Assembly: GCA_050250895.1 (NCBI GenBank)
Contig: JBFWNU010000005.1
Coordinates: 512,001-576,000 of the forward strand
Direction: 5' to 3'
DNA length: 64,000 nucleotides
Source: Vulcanimicrobiota bacterium
Lineage (GTDB): Bacteria; Vulcanimicrobiota; Xenobia; Xenobiales; JADMJV01
The translations under genes and the position numbers were made by a program. Shown piece after piece: positions 49,863 to 58,812 of the stretch (its first letter is position 1; each line of letters begins with the position of its first letter). Below the pieces are notes generated by a model that made no database searches, was not told where the DNA came from, and was given only the letters and a program-made list of their open reading frames with translations.

Positions 49863-50630
49863 ATGTCCGTCATTCGCACTCATTTACCGGCTCATCAAAT
49901 TCCCAGGCCAGGAACGCCGTTCCCCTCGCGCATACCTGGCTCTGTGCCGAAGGCTCCGGATTGCGCTACTCCTGCCGCATCGGCCGATACTCTTACCAGG
50001 GCGTCCGAAGAGACCACTCTCAAAGCCAACCTGCGAGGAGCCTCCAAGGCCGAGCTCCGTCAGCTGGCAGGCCAATCTGCGAATGACTGGAACTTCCTGG
50101 CCGCCACTGGATTCGCCGTTTCCAGTCCCATGCTCGGACTGGCCGGGCCGGCCGTCTTGTCGCTGGTGAAGGACCACGGCTTGCAGTTCACGATTCCGGG
50201 CGGCTCTGTAAGCGCTAAGCTCGAGCGACCCGATAAGCTGGTCGCCAGTTTGCCCAACGGTCGTGAGCTTGGTCTGATTTCGATGGGTGACAACCGAATG
50301 ATGATCTCTGTCTCCGGCGGTTCCCAGCCGAAAGAACAGTGGTATTTCGCCAAGATGGACTCCATCGACGGGAGCTCTCCAACCCGCAGCAGCTTTAGCC
50401 TCAGCCAGGAGAGTCCTTCGGGAAACTTCTCTTATCAGAATTCTCAGGTCGCCCAGGACGGTGACGGCTACCGACTTAGCCACAATTCGATTTTCACCGA
50501 AGGTGCCGCGCAGCACACCTGCTACGAGCTCGCCAGCTCTGGCGAACAGCTGAGCGGACGCAAGGCTGGCCTGTTTCTGGATTCAGACCATAGACTCAGC
50601 ACCACGATGGAAGCCCTCTTCGCCAGCTAA
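49863..50630 (+). CDS. Hypothetical protein
   Basis: AGGAGG RBS; 255-aa ORF with Pro-rich N-terminus. Confidence 0.65.
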   Translation: MSVIRTHLPAHQIPRPGTPFPSRIPGSVPKAPDCATPAASADTLTRASEETTLKANLRGASKAELRQLAGQSANDWNFLAATGFAVSSPMLGLAGPAVLSLVKDHGLQFTIPGGSVSAKLERPDKLVASLPNGRELGLISMGDNRMMISVSGGSQPKEQWYFAKMDSIDGSSPTRSSFSLSQESPSGNFSYQNSQVAQDGDGYRLSHNSIFTEGAAQHTCYELASSGEQLSGRKAGLFLDSDHRLSTTMEALFAS

Positions 50631-50871
50631 GCCGGCGTTTTGGTCGATTGTGACCTGATCACTCTGGTGGGCCACCATGCTCTCGGCCCAGACGAGCCCG
50701 CGACGGACGAGAGCCGCAACCCCGGCGCGATGGGCCCCAGCCGTCTCCAGCGCCTTCGGGTTCGATCACAAGGCTGGTGGCGTTAGTTTACACCTGAGTG
50801 GTGCGATCGTCGCTTGGCCGTCGCCTCCCCGCGTAGTCTAAGGGCAAGCACTACGCAGGAGGAAACAACCG

Positions 50872-51426
50872 ATGAAGATTCAGGCACCGCAACGCACCTG
50901 GCTCAGCCTTCCCGCTCAAAGCCCGGCCCGAACCCCAGACATCGCCCCCCTCGCCCATCAAGACGGCGTGCAGCTAAGCTTCGGCCAGGAGTCGACCGCC
51001 AGTCACCTGGCCACCTATGCCCAGGACTTTCTCAGCGAGTTCTACGCCCAGCCCGACGACGGCCTGGGAGACTCGCTGCTCGGTCGGGGCGTAGCCGGAC
51101 CCGAGGTCGAAAAGCTGCAGAAAATGCTCAACGAGCAGGGCTTCGAACTCGAGGAAGACGGCATCTATGGCCCTAAAACCCAGCAGGCCGTCAAGGACTT
51201 CCAGGCTAAACAGGTCGAGGCCGGAAACGACATCAAAGTCGACGGCATCGTCGGACCCGAGACCCGAGCCGCTCTGGCCAAAGCCCCGGAGCCCGGCGTA
51301 CGCGAACAGCCCGACCCCTCCGAGACCTCCGACAAGTCTCCCTCCGTACGCGAACAGCCCGACCCCTCCGAGACCTCCGACAAGACTCCCTCCGTACGCG
51401 AACAACCCGACCCCTCCGAAGGCTAG
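50872..51426 (+). CDS. Peptidoglycan-binding (PG_binding_1) protein with C-terminal repeats
   Basis: G..GPEVEKLQKML, DGIYGPKTQQAVKDFQ, VDGIVGPETRAAL; AGGAGG RBS. Confidence 0.85.
   Translation: MKIQAPQRTWLSLPAQSPARTPDIAPLAHQDGVQLSFGQESTASHLATYAQDFLSEFYAQPDDGLGDSLLGRGVAGPEVEKLQKMLNEQGFELEEDGIYGPKTQQAVKDFQAKQVEAGNDIKVDGIVGPETRAALAKAPEPGVREQPDPSETSDKSPSVREQPDPSETSDKTPSVREQPDPSEG
51298..51420 (+). repeat. 48-bp coding tandem repeat, about 2.5 copies (VREQPDPSETSDKxPS)
   Basis: Units start at 51298, 51346, 51394. Confidence 0.9.
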
Positions 51427-51669
51427 CCGGACTTCGCCCGGGCCGGAAATGTTAGACCGTCCCCCGGGGGACTCCGAGGCCGTGAAAACTAGGGAGTTCG
51501 GTGCGGGTGATGGTTAAGGCCTCGAATGGGGCGATTCTAACCGCCACTAAAACGCCACCGGGGCGCTCGACAAGCGGGGGCCAACTTAGCCCGCTCGAGC
51601 CCACTCCAGCAGCCATTCCAATAGCCCGCTCTCTCGCTGGCGTTCGAGATCACGTCCGCGACGATCGCG

Positions 51670-52698
51670 TCAGACCAGCCCCTGGGGAGCAACCCCGCTC
51701 ACTTGCAGGATGCCTTTGTGGATGTTCTTGTGGCAGCGCGAGCACACCACCACCAAATTCTCTGGCACCGTGGGTCCGCCCCGACAGTAAAAGACCACGT
51801 GGTGCACATCGAGCCAGAGTCGGTTCGGGCAGCCCGGGCAAGAGCAGCGATAGCCATCCCGCCGCAGCACTGCCCGGCGCTGGGCGGCAGTCGCCTGCCG
51901 CTTGCTGGGATTGAACCTCAACCGGCCGGCCAGTTGCAACTTCGACTCGCCCGGACACACGTGTGTCTGCATTGCCAGCGCCTCGACCGGAGCGACCAGG
52001 TCCTGGGCGGCTTCAACCTTGAGCTGCTCCACCTGGCCGCCCAGAAAGTCGGCCAGGATCCATTCGAACGCCTCGGCCGGATTGACCGTGCCGCCGTTGT
52101 CTCTCGAGATTACGGTCACCGCTCGCGACCACAGCTCGGACACCTCGGGAGCGACCCGAAAACGAAGCTCGACCTCTTCTACCATATTCAGGGCCGCCTC
52201 GGCCGGAGTGTCACCGCGATTGGCCCCGCTCACTAAACGAGCCAGGCGATGAGGCTTGAGGCGCACTGCCAGGTCAAGCCAGGCCTCTTCGGTCTCGGGC
52301 GTCACGATGCGGGTGACCACACGCAGATTGGACCAGCAGATTCGGTTCTCTTCGCAGGCTTTGGAGAACAGCGGCAGCTCTTCGAGATGGCCGGCGATCC
52401 GCATCGAATCTAGCGCCTCGCGCTTCTCGACTTTGATTAGCCGGGCGAAGTGGATAGCCGAATGGCAGCCGGTCTCGGCGCAAAAATCGGTGCGCTCGAT
52501 AGCCAATAGACATCGCCCCAGCAGGATGCGAGTCAGGGCCAGGGTGTTGGCCAGGCGACGGATCACCCTTTCCAGCCGCTCGTGAGGAAGCTTGCTCAAG
52601 TTTTCGACGGTCCAGAATTCGCGTTGCTTTTGATCGGTAATCATAAGTCCATGATAGCCTTTGCCCCCGTTGTTCGTCAAAGATTCGATGCGAATCAA
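51670..52698 (-). CDS. HNH endonuclease with helical DUF222-like N-terminal region
   Basis: RDGYRCSCPGC, LDVHHV, GG.T..ENLVVVCSRCHKNIH; start uncertain. Confidence 0.85.
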   Translation of the reverse strand: MIRIESLTNNGGKGYHGLMITDQKQREFWTVENLSKLPHERLERVIRRLANTLALTRILLGRCLLAIERTDFCAETGCHSAIHFARLIKVEKREALDSMRIAGHLEELPLFSKACEENRICWSNLRVVTRIVTPETEEAWLDLAVRLKPHRLARLVSGANRGDTPAEAALNMVEEVELRFRVAPEVSELWSRAVTVISRDNGGTVNPAEAFEWILADFLGGQVEQLKVEAAQDLVAPVEALAMQTHVCPGESKLQLAGRLRFNPSKRQATAAQRRAVLRRDGYRCSCPGCPNRLWLDVHHVVFYCRGGPTVPENLVVVCSRCHKNIHKGILQVSGVAPQGLV

Positions 52699-53114
52699 TC
52701 CTTTATTTTACAAGCATTTGCGCGTTTTCTGAGTGATGATTATTCGAGCTTTTCGAGGCCAAAATGAAGATTTCTTCAAACTCGGCTCTTCAAGTGCCTG
52801 AGGGGGACCTGGAGGGGCTATCGCGAGCAGTTTAGGGGCGAGGCTCCTCCGGGGCGGTTGGGCGGCCGCATCTGAAAATAATTTCGACACATGTGTGCCG
52901 GAGGGGGTTAGGCTGTCCTCGGTTCGGGCCATGGTCAAGGCCTCGAACGGGCGACCTCCAACTTCCCTCCAATCGCCGTTAGTCCACCGCCGGTTTGGCA
53001 TGAGACAGCCTCGAGACGGGGAAGAAGGTATCAAATGTGAGCTTGCAAAACAGGACGCAGGGCGCCCCTGCGTCCTGCGGCCTGTTATCCAGACAGAAAA
53101 GTGAGCCAGGCTCC

Positions 53115-53801
53115 ATGCCAACAGAGTCAACACCAGAGTCGTTGCACCAGTGCATCATTAGAGGCTGCGAAATCTCGAGAATTCGGGAACTCATGGATAG
53201 GGAGCCAAGCCTCAAACACCAAAGGGAGAAATCCAAAACGGTGCTTCACACCGCAGTTCTATGGGGACGAGTCGAGCACGTGGCTTGGCTGGCAGCCGAA
53301 GCTCCTGAGCTGATTTCTCTGCAGGACAGCGAGGGGTATACTCCTCTGCATCTTGTAGGGCAAACGCTCTTTCTTGGTGATGGCAAGGACGGCACTCTCG
53401 CCTTCAAGATTGGAAAAATCCTGATTGAGGCGGGTGCATCTTTGACGCAACGAAATTGCTATGGAGAAACACCGCTTTTCTCTTTGTCAGTAAGGGCAAA
53501 TGCAAAAGGTGGATGGCAACGCCTGATCAAGTTCATGATCACCCACGGTGCAGAGCCAAACGCAAAAGACAGGCGCGGGGATACCTTTCTACATAAACTC
53601 GTTCACGAACTCGACGCGTGGTCGCCAATCGAGTTGGTCCAACTTCTCGTCGAGAATGGGGCGGACCCCAACTTGACTGACGCGCGTGGCAAGACCCCAC
53701 TCGACTTGGCGAATACCTTCGATGGCTCTCTGGCCAGAGAGCCAATTGAGCCCTTAATTCACTACCTGGAAGCTGTGAAATCAGAGGAACCTGAATGCTG
53801 A
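53115..53801 (+). CDS. Ankyrin-repeat protein
   Basis: KTVLH, GYTPLH, GETPLF, GDTFLH, GADPN..D..GKTPLD. Confidence 0.9.
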   Translation: MPTESTPESLHQCIIRGCEISRIRELMDREPSLKHQREKSKTVLHTAVLWGRVEHVAWLAAEAPELISLQDSEGYTPLHLVGQTLFLGDGKDGTLAFKIGKILIEAGASLTQRNCYGETPLFSLSVRANAKGGWQRLIKFMITHGAEPNAKDRRGDTFLHKLVHELDAWSPIELVQLLVENGADPNLTDARGKTPLDLANTFDGSLAREPIEPLIHYLEAVKSEEPEC

Positions 53802-53854
53802 AGAAGCGAGCACTTCAGGAAGCTGCTTCACCCAAAAGGAACCCTCAATAGTTA

Positions 53855-54097
53855 GTGAAGGCAGAAGCATCCTGTCGTCACCTAAGTTCGGGCAGCTTCT
53901 GGCAGGGCAGCGTTCTGGGCAGCCCGCTAGTGTCACGATTGGTGGTCGGGCCATCCAAGCTTGAGTGTCCGGAGTGCGGAGCATCTCCTTTGGAGATTCT
54001 ACCTGTAGGTACACCAGCGCATTCGCTGGCTATAAGATGCCTTGCTTGCGGAGTTTCGACAGATCTTCGACTAGGCAAGAATGTCAGGCTTGACTAA
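53855..54097 (+). CDS. Possible small zinc-ribbon protein
   Basis: CPECG ... CLACG pair; short ORF. Confidence 0.35.
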   Translation: MKAEASCRHLSSGSFWQGSVLGSPLVSRLVVGPSKLECPECGASPLEILPVGTPAHSLAIRCLACGVSTDLRLGKNVRLD

Positions 54098-54302
54098 ACA
54101 AGAGAACTCTCGGACGCGCCTGGCGCTGGCGCGCCCTTTGCCTAAAAGAGCGCTCGCCAGCGCATCCCCGCCGCCCGCTCCAGTCCCGGCGACCTAAACC
54201 CTCCGTCGCAGTCACCGCTACGCTAGTTCACAATCCCGAGACCGGGTCGTCGTTTGATCGTCGCCTGGTCCCCTAAGCTGATCAAAACAACGGAGGTCAC
54301 CA

Positions 54303-54704
54303 ATGAGCGCTGTGCTGTGTCTAATGCAAGCTTGGAAAGAAGAAGTCTGCCAACCCGACCCGACCACCCTTCCGGGCTTGCTCGAGCTCGCCGAGAGCCG
54401 TCTCGAGACCGGCCTCGAGGCCTTCGCCCAGCTGCGCCCGGCCTTTCGGGCCATGCGGGTCAGGTTGTCCTCGGCCCACGCCGGCCTGGTCAGCCTGCTG
54501 GCCGAAGACCTGCCCGAAGAGGTCGGCGCAGCCGGCTGGCGCAACCACCAGGCCTTCCAGGATGCCGAAGATTGCCTCGACAGCCTCTGCCGCCTCGACG
54601 GCGACGAAGAGCGCCATTGGGAAGCCCTGGGCCAGCTAGAAGAGGTCGCCCAAGCCCTGCAAGAAGCCAGCGCCGCAGTGGCCAGACTGGCCCGCCGCTA
54701 CTAA
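54303..54704 (+). CDS. Hypothetical helical protein
   Basis: GGAGG RBS; host-like codon usage. Confidence 0.65.
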   Translation: MSAVLCLMQAWKEEVCQPDPTTLPGLLELAESRLETGLEAFAQLRPAFRAMRVRLSSAHAGLVSLLAEDLPEEVGAAGWRNHQAFQDAEDCLDSLCRLDGDEERHWEALGQLEEVAQALQEASAAVARLARRY

Positions 54705-54789
54705 GGGCCCGTCAAAAAATACTGAGGCTCGATCCATCCCTTCTCGCGGCGTCGAACCCCAGAAATGACGGACTTATTCTTAGATGGCC

Positions 54790-56325
54790 CTAAGCCTCGA
54801 AGGCCTCGGTATCATCATAGACGCGCGGCCGCGCGGCCAGCGCGGCCACAGCCTCGCGCACGCTCGGGTAGCGATGCTCGGGGCTCTTGGCCAGCATGCG
54901 CGTGATCACCGAAGAGGTGTGCAGGTCGAGATCCGGGCGGGAATCGCGCGGATTGGGAATCGGAGCCGACATGTGCTGGTGCAGGACCTGCAGCGAGTCG
55001 TCCCCCTGATAGGGGCGCTCGCCGGTCACGATCTCATAGGCGATGACCCCCAGGGCATACTGGTCGGATTGAGGCGTGTAGTCGCCGCTGACCTGCTCGG
55101 GAGACATATAGTGAGGGGTGCCCAGGGCCACCCCGGTGCGGGTCATCGTCTGCAACTCGCCCCCGCGAGCCAGCCCCAGGTCGATCAGCTTCGTCTTGCC
55201 ACTGTTGGTCAGAAAGATATTGCCAGGCTTAACGTCCCGATGGACCACGCATTCATCGTGCAGATAGGCCAGAGCCTCTCCGACGTCGGGTAGCACCGTC
55301 GCCAGCAGCTGGTCGCGGCCGGAGCCAACAGGCTCTTTGCGCAGGCGGGCGCTGAGGGTCTCGCCCACCAGCAGTTCGCTGACCAGATAGAGCCTGCCCT
55401 GGCTGGTCTCGCCCCAGTCATAGATGCGAGCTAGGTTGGGATGAACCAGCTTGAGACAAGCCTTGATCTCGCGGCGAAAGCGCTCGGCCTCTTCCGAGTC
55501 GCCCTCGGAGCCTCGCATGATCTTGACGGCCACATCCAGCCCATCCTGGCCGGTGGCTCGATAGACCTCGGCCGTGCCGCCGCGGCCCACCAGTTCTGAT
55601 AGGCGGTAGCTTTCGATGGTCTCGGATGGCACTTGCGTCGTCTCGGTGGGCAGGCTCGAAGGTTGGCTCCTACGACGCAAGAGCGCCACTGCCACCAGGG
55701 CCAGCACCACCCAGGCCAACACTTTCCAGGGCCAGAGGTGGCCGGGCAGGGGCACCAGGGTTAACTTCCCCAGCTGCTTGTTCGGCACCAGCTCTTTGGC
55801 CGAGATGTCGAGCTGCTCTGGCTCGTAGCCGGTCTGCTCGAACAGCAGTCGCACCTGGCTGAATTTCCTCCGATTAGGATCGTAATAGAGCGAACGGTCC
55901 AACCGCAAAGGCGGCCCCCCGGTCTGTCCCAGATAGTTCTTTTGGCCCGGCTTATCCGACGAGCGCCCCACCTCGTAGACCTTGACCTGGGCCGGCCGGG
56001 TCTCGAGATTGAGGGTGTAGTAACGCTCCAGGTTGGTGAAGTCTCCGGGAAAGCCTTTCTCGAGAAAGAGCGGGTCGGTGGGCACGAACAAGTCCAGATA
56101 GCCCTCGCGCACGAACAAGACCCCCGTCTCACGGGCCTCGCCCTCCCAGGGGTTGACGACCTGCGGACTGGCCTCGACCTGGTTGGGCTCGTTGAGCTTG
56201 AGGGCCTCGCGCGAGCCGTCGCTGTGGACGAAATAGGCGGCCTCGGCGGTGGCCGAGCGAGGGATGATCTCGTCAGCCCAACCCAGCGCGCTGAGTAAAA
56301 GCAAGCATAGGACGATCCGGCGCAC
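54790..56325 (-). CDS. Hanks-type Ser/Thr kinase with N-terminal extracellular domain
   Basis: Signal peptide, TM helix, then GRGGTAEVY, VAVK, HRDVKPGN, DLG, GTPHYMSPEQ. Confidence 0.9.
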   Translation of the reverse strand: MRRIVLCLLLLSALGWADEIIPRSATAEAAYFVHSDGSREALKLNEPNQVEASPQVVNPWEGEARETGVLFVREGYLDLFVPTDPLFLEKGFPGDFTNLERYYTLNLETRPAQVKVYEVGRSSDKPGQKNYLGQTGGPPLRLDRSLYYDPNRRKFSQVRLLFEQTGYEPEQLDISAKELVPNKQLGKLTLVPLPGHLWPWKVLAWVVLALVAVALLRRRSQPSSLPTETTQVPSETIESYRLSELVGRGGTAEVYRATGQDGLDVAVKIMRGSEGDSEEAERFRREIKACLKLVHPNLARIYDWGETSQGRLYLVSELLVGETLSARLRKEPVGSGRDQLLATVLPDVGEALAYLHDECVVHRDVKPGNIFLTNSGKTKLIDLGLARGGELQTMTRTGVALGTPHYMSPEQVSGDYTPQSDQYALGVIAYEIVTGERPYQGDDSLQVLHQHMSAPIPNPRDSRPDLDLHTSSVITRMLAKSPEHRYPSVREAVAALAARPRVYDDTEAFEA

Positions 56326-56365
56326 GGCGGCTAAGCTTCTGTAGGGATAGGCGTTTCCCTGGCTG

Positions 56366-58084
56366 CTACAGAGTTCGCCACCAGCGCACCCGCATGCGAT
56401 CGACGGGGTCCACGAAGTCGGCCAGGTCGATGGACCAGACCTCTTCGTCCTCTTCGACCGTCTGACCGCCGGTGGTGACCGTGGTGTCGTCGGTCCTTTG
56501 CTCGACAATGGCCAGGCGAGCATCCCTGCCGGGCACCACATCGTAGCGAGGGCTGCCGTCGGGATTGGTGCCGACAATCACCGGCACCGGAAACTCCGTT
56601 GGAGGCGCGGCATCGGCCATGAACTGGCCCTGCTGCAAGATGTTCCAGAACTGTTCGTACTCGTCACCCTGGAAGTTGCGCCCGGTAACGGCCATAACGG
56701 CATACCTGGCACTGGAGCCGCTGAACTGATACTCGCTCCCGCCGGCCAGGTCGTGGCGCTGGAACGCCCACAGGTCGATGGTATGGTCAAAGCCCGGAGC
56801 TTGACTGGATACCAGCTGAAAGTTGACGGGCCCCATCGCTCCCGGCGAGGTGACCCGCCGCCGCACCACCACCTCGGTATGTTCGTCGTTACCCAGAATC
56901 ACGCTGTTGTGGAACTCGGATGGCTCGTCTCCCGAACTGAGCAAGGCGCCCACCAGGGTCACGTTGTTGGCCGAGATGCGCTTGCCCGAGTAGAGCAGGC
57001 CTTCCACCACGGCGTCCTTGGCCTGGCCGCCGGGCGTGCCCTCGACCTCGAGAAAGCCCCCGGCCAGGATGGCCGCCACGTTATCGCTGGCCAGGCTGCC
57101 CGAGCCGTGCACCGACAGGTCGCCCGTCACGATCACCGCGCCCTTGCCGCTGATGCCCCCCTCGATGGTAAGGTCGCCGTCGACGAAGAGCACCCCCCCG
57201 TCGAGGGTCAGCCCGTTGACCACGGTCATCGCCTCACCCCCAAAGTAGGCGGTGCGGTCCAGATGCAGGTCGCGCTCCAGCGAGGTCAATCCCTGATCTA
57301 CCCTGGAATCGCTCAGGTCCGGGCGATATGTCTCCAGGTTGATAGTGGGTATCTCGATCGCTGGCGAGTGCAGTAACAACTCTCCCTCGATCACCGTATT
57401 GGCCCCGACGTCGGCCCCCGAAGCCGAGCGCAGGTTGCCCTTGAGCCGATTGGTGCCGGTCAGGCGCACGGCCTGGGGGCCGGCCGACGAGTTGCTGGCC
57501 AGATGGCCCGGGCGCAAATCCTCCTCGGGCACAGCCACTCCCGGCTGCACCCGGGTGCCGGCTTCGAGACCGGCTACCAACAGGTCACTGCCCACGAACG
57601 ACCCCTGGCAGGCGATAGAATAGGGGAAGCGAGGCACCGAGACCACCGCTTCCACCCGCCGCTCGACGCCGCCGCACACACCGTAGCCCACGATGTATAG
57701 CGATTCGCGGGGAACAACCAGCCCGTTGTCGGCGGCGGTGGCGCTATCCGAGCGCAAGTTGTTGACGCATCGGAGTTGTCCTCGCCCAGGGTCGAAGGTG
57801 GCCAGGCCATAGGCGCCCTCGGGCGCCTCTGGAAAATGGACCTCGACCGTGGCCGCTCCGTCTTCGCCATAATCGAGCTCGCCAGTGAGCTTCTCCTGGG
57901 CCAGCACCCGCTCGATCACCCGCGACACCGCTGATTCGGCCAGGTTCCTGGCTATCGCCTCGTTGCTGCCGCGTGACGACAGACTCAGATGGAAGAAGCC
58001 GGCCCCCGAAACCGCCAGGGCGGCCACGAACAGCAGGCTGCAAACCACCAGAGTCCCGGCCAGACCGAGGCCTCGCTTTCTCAT
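56366..58084 (-). CDS. Large pilin-like protein (PilX-like N-terminus, beta-helix-like body)
   Basis: MRKRG|LGLAGTL hydrophobic helix, ARNLAESAV; repeated V.GDL.I.G strands. Confidence 0.65.
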   Translation of the reverse strand: MRKRGLGLAGTLVVCSLLFVAALAVSGAGFFHLSLSSRGSNEAIARNLAESAVSRVIERVLAQEKLTGELDYGEDGAATVEVHFPEAPEGAYGLATFDPGRGQLRCVNNLRSDSATAADNGLVVPRESLYIVGYGVCGGVERRVEAVVSVPRFPYSIACQGSFVGSDLLVAGLEAGTRVQPGVAVPEEDLRPGHLASNSSAGPQAVRLTGTNRLKGNLRSASGADVGANTVIEGELLLHSPAIEIPTINLETYRPDLSDSRVDQGLTSLERDLHLDRTAYFGGEAMTVVNGLTLDGGVLFVDGDLTIEGGISGKGAVIVTGDLSVHGSGSLASDNVAAILAGGFLEVEGTPGGQAKDAVVEGLLYSGKRISANNVTLVGALLSSGDEPSEFHNSVILGNDEHTEVVVRRRVTSPGAMGPVNFQLVSSQAPGFDHTIDLWAFQRHDLAGGSEYQFSGSSARYAVMAVTGRNFQGDEYEQFWNILQQGQFMADAAPPTEFPVPVIVGTNPDGSPRYDVVPGRDARLAIVEQRTDDTTVTTGGQTVEEDEEVWSIDLADFVDPVDRMRVRWWRTL

Positions 58085-58105
58085 TTCCCTAATATAGCAC
58101 AAGCC

Positions 58106-58585
58106 CTAGCCCTTGACGTCTAGTTTGCCGTGGTTGTCCAGCTGCGATTTCAGGTGGCGCTCGAGGCCCTGAAACTGGACTCCGCCGCCGAACGAGCGCA
58201 GCTTGCCCAGGGCCGAAGAGGCAGTGTCGGCCAGGCTGTGGCCGCAAGGAGCGTTGCCCAGGCCACTGTCGATCTGGTCGGGGTTGGGGCGGGTCTCGAC
58301 CTGGTCCGAGGGGCCGCGCTCCCAGGCCTTGCGAACCTGTTCGCTCTCGGACTCGTTAGACGCCGAACCCACATACTCGTCGCCTCCCAGCGAGGGGGCC
58401 GCGCCGATGTCGGCTTCCAGCGACTTGATGGCCGGGTCGGCCAGTTCGCCCGAAGCTGACCAGCTTTCGTTGGCCCCGGTGCGCTCGCCGAGTTCCTCGG
58501 CTTTGACCTCGGCCTGGCGGCCAGAGATGGCCCGCGCGGGGTGACTCAGAGTGTTGTTGGCGGTGAATTTCGTGATGCTCGACAT
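58106..58585 (-). CDS. Hypothetical low-complexity protein
   Basis: 159-aa ORF with purine-rich upstream AAAAGGG. Confidence 0.5.
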   Translation of the reverse strand: MSSITKFTANNTLSHPARAISGRQAEVKAEELGERTGANESWSASGELADPAIKSLEADIGAAPSLGGDEYVGSASNESESEQVRKAWERGPSDQVETRPNPDQIDSGLGNAPCGHSLADTASSALGKLRSFGGGVQFQGLERHLKSQLDNHGKLDVKG

Positions 58586-58812
58586 TGTCGTGAACCCTTT
58601 CGTTTTGAACTTGACCCCAGTCTAGGCCAGCCAACGACGACCAGACGACGATCGAGAACTCGGGTTGTTAACCTCTGGGCGCTGCCGAACTCCTCCAGCC
58701 TGGCTAGACCGTCCGCTCATCGTCGGTGTGGCTGCCACCATGATGCAAGGGCCCGCGACAGGACGCGGTCCGCCAAGCCAGAACCCCCTGCGGGGGCGTA
58801 AGGAGCTACAAG

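Noticed and set aside
51298-51420. 48-bp repeats as a CRISPR array
   Set aside because: Head-to-tail in-frame coding repeats without unique spacers
51670-52698. HNH protein as IscB/Cas9-like nuclease
   Set aside because: No PLMP N-terminus or split RuvC motifs seen; HNH is at the extreme C-terminus
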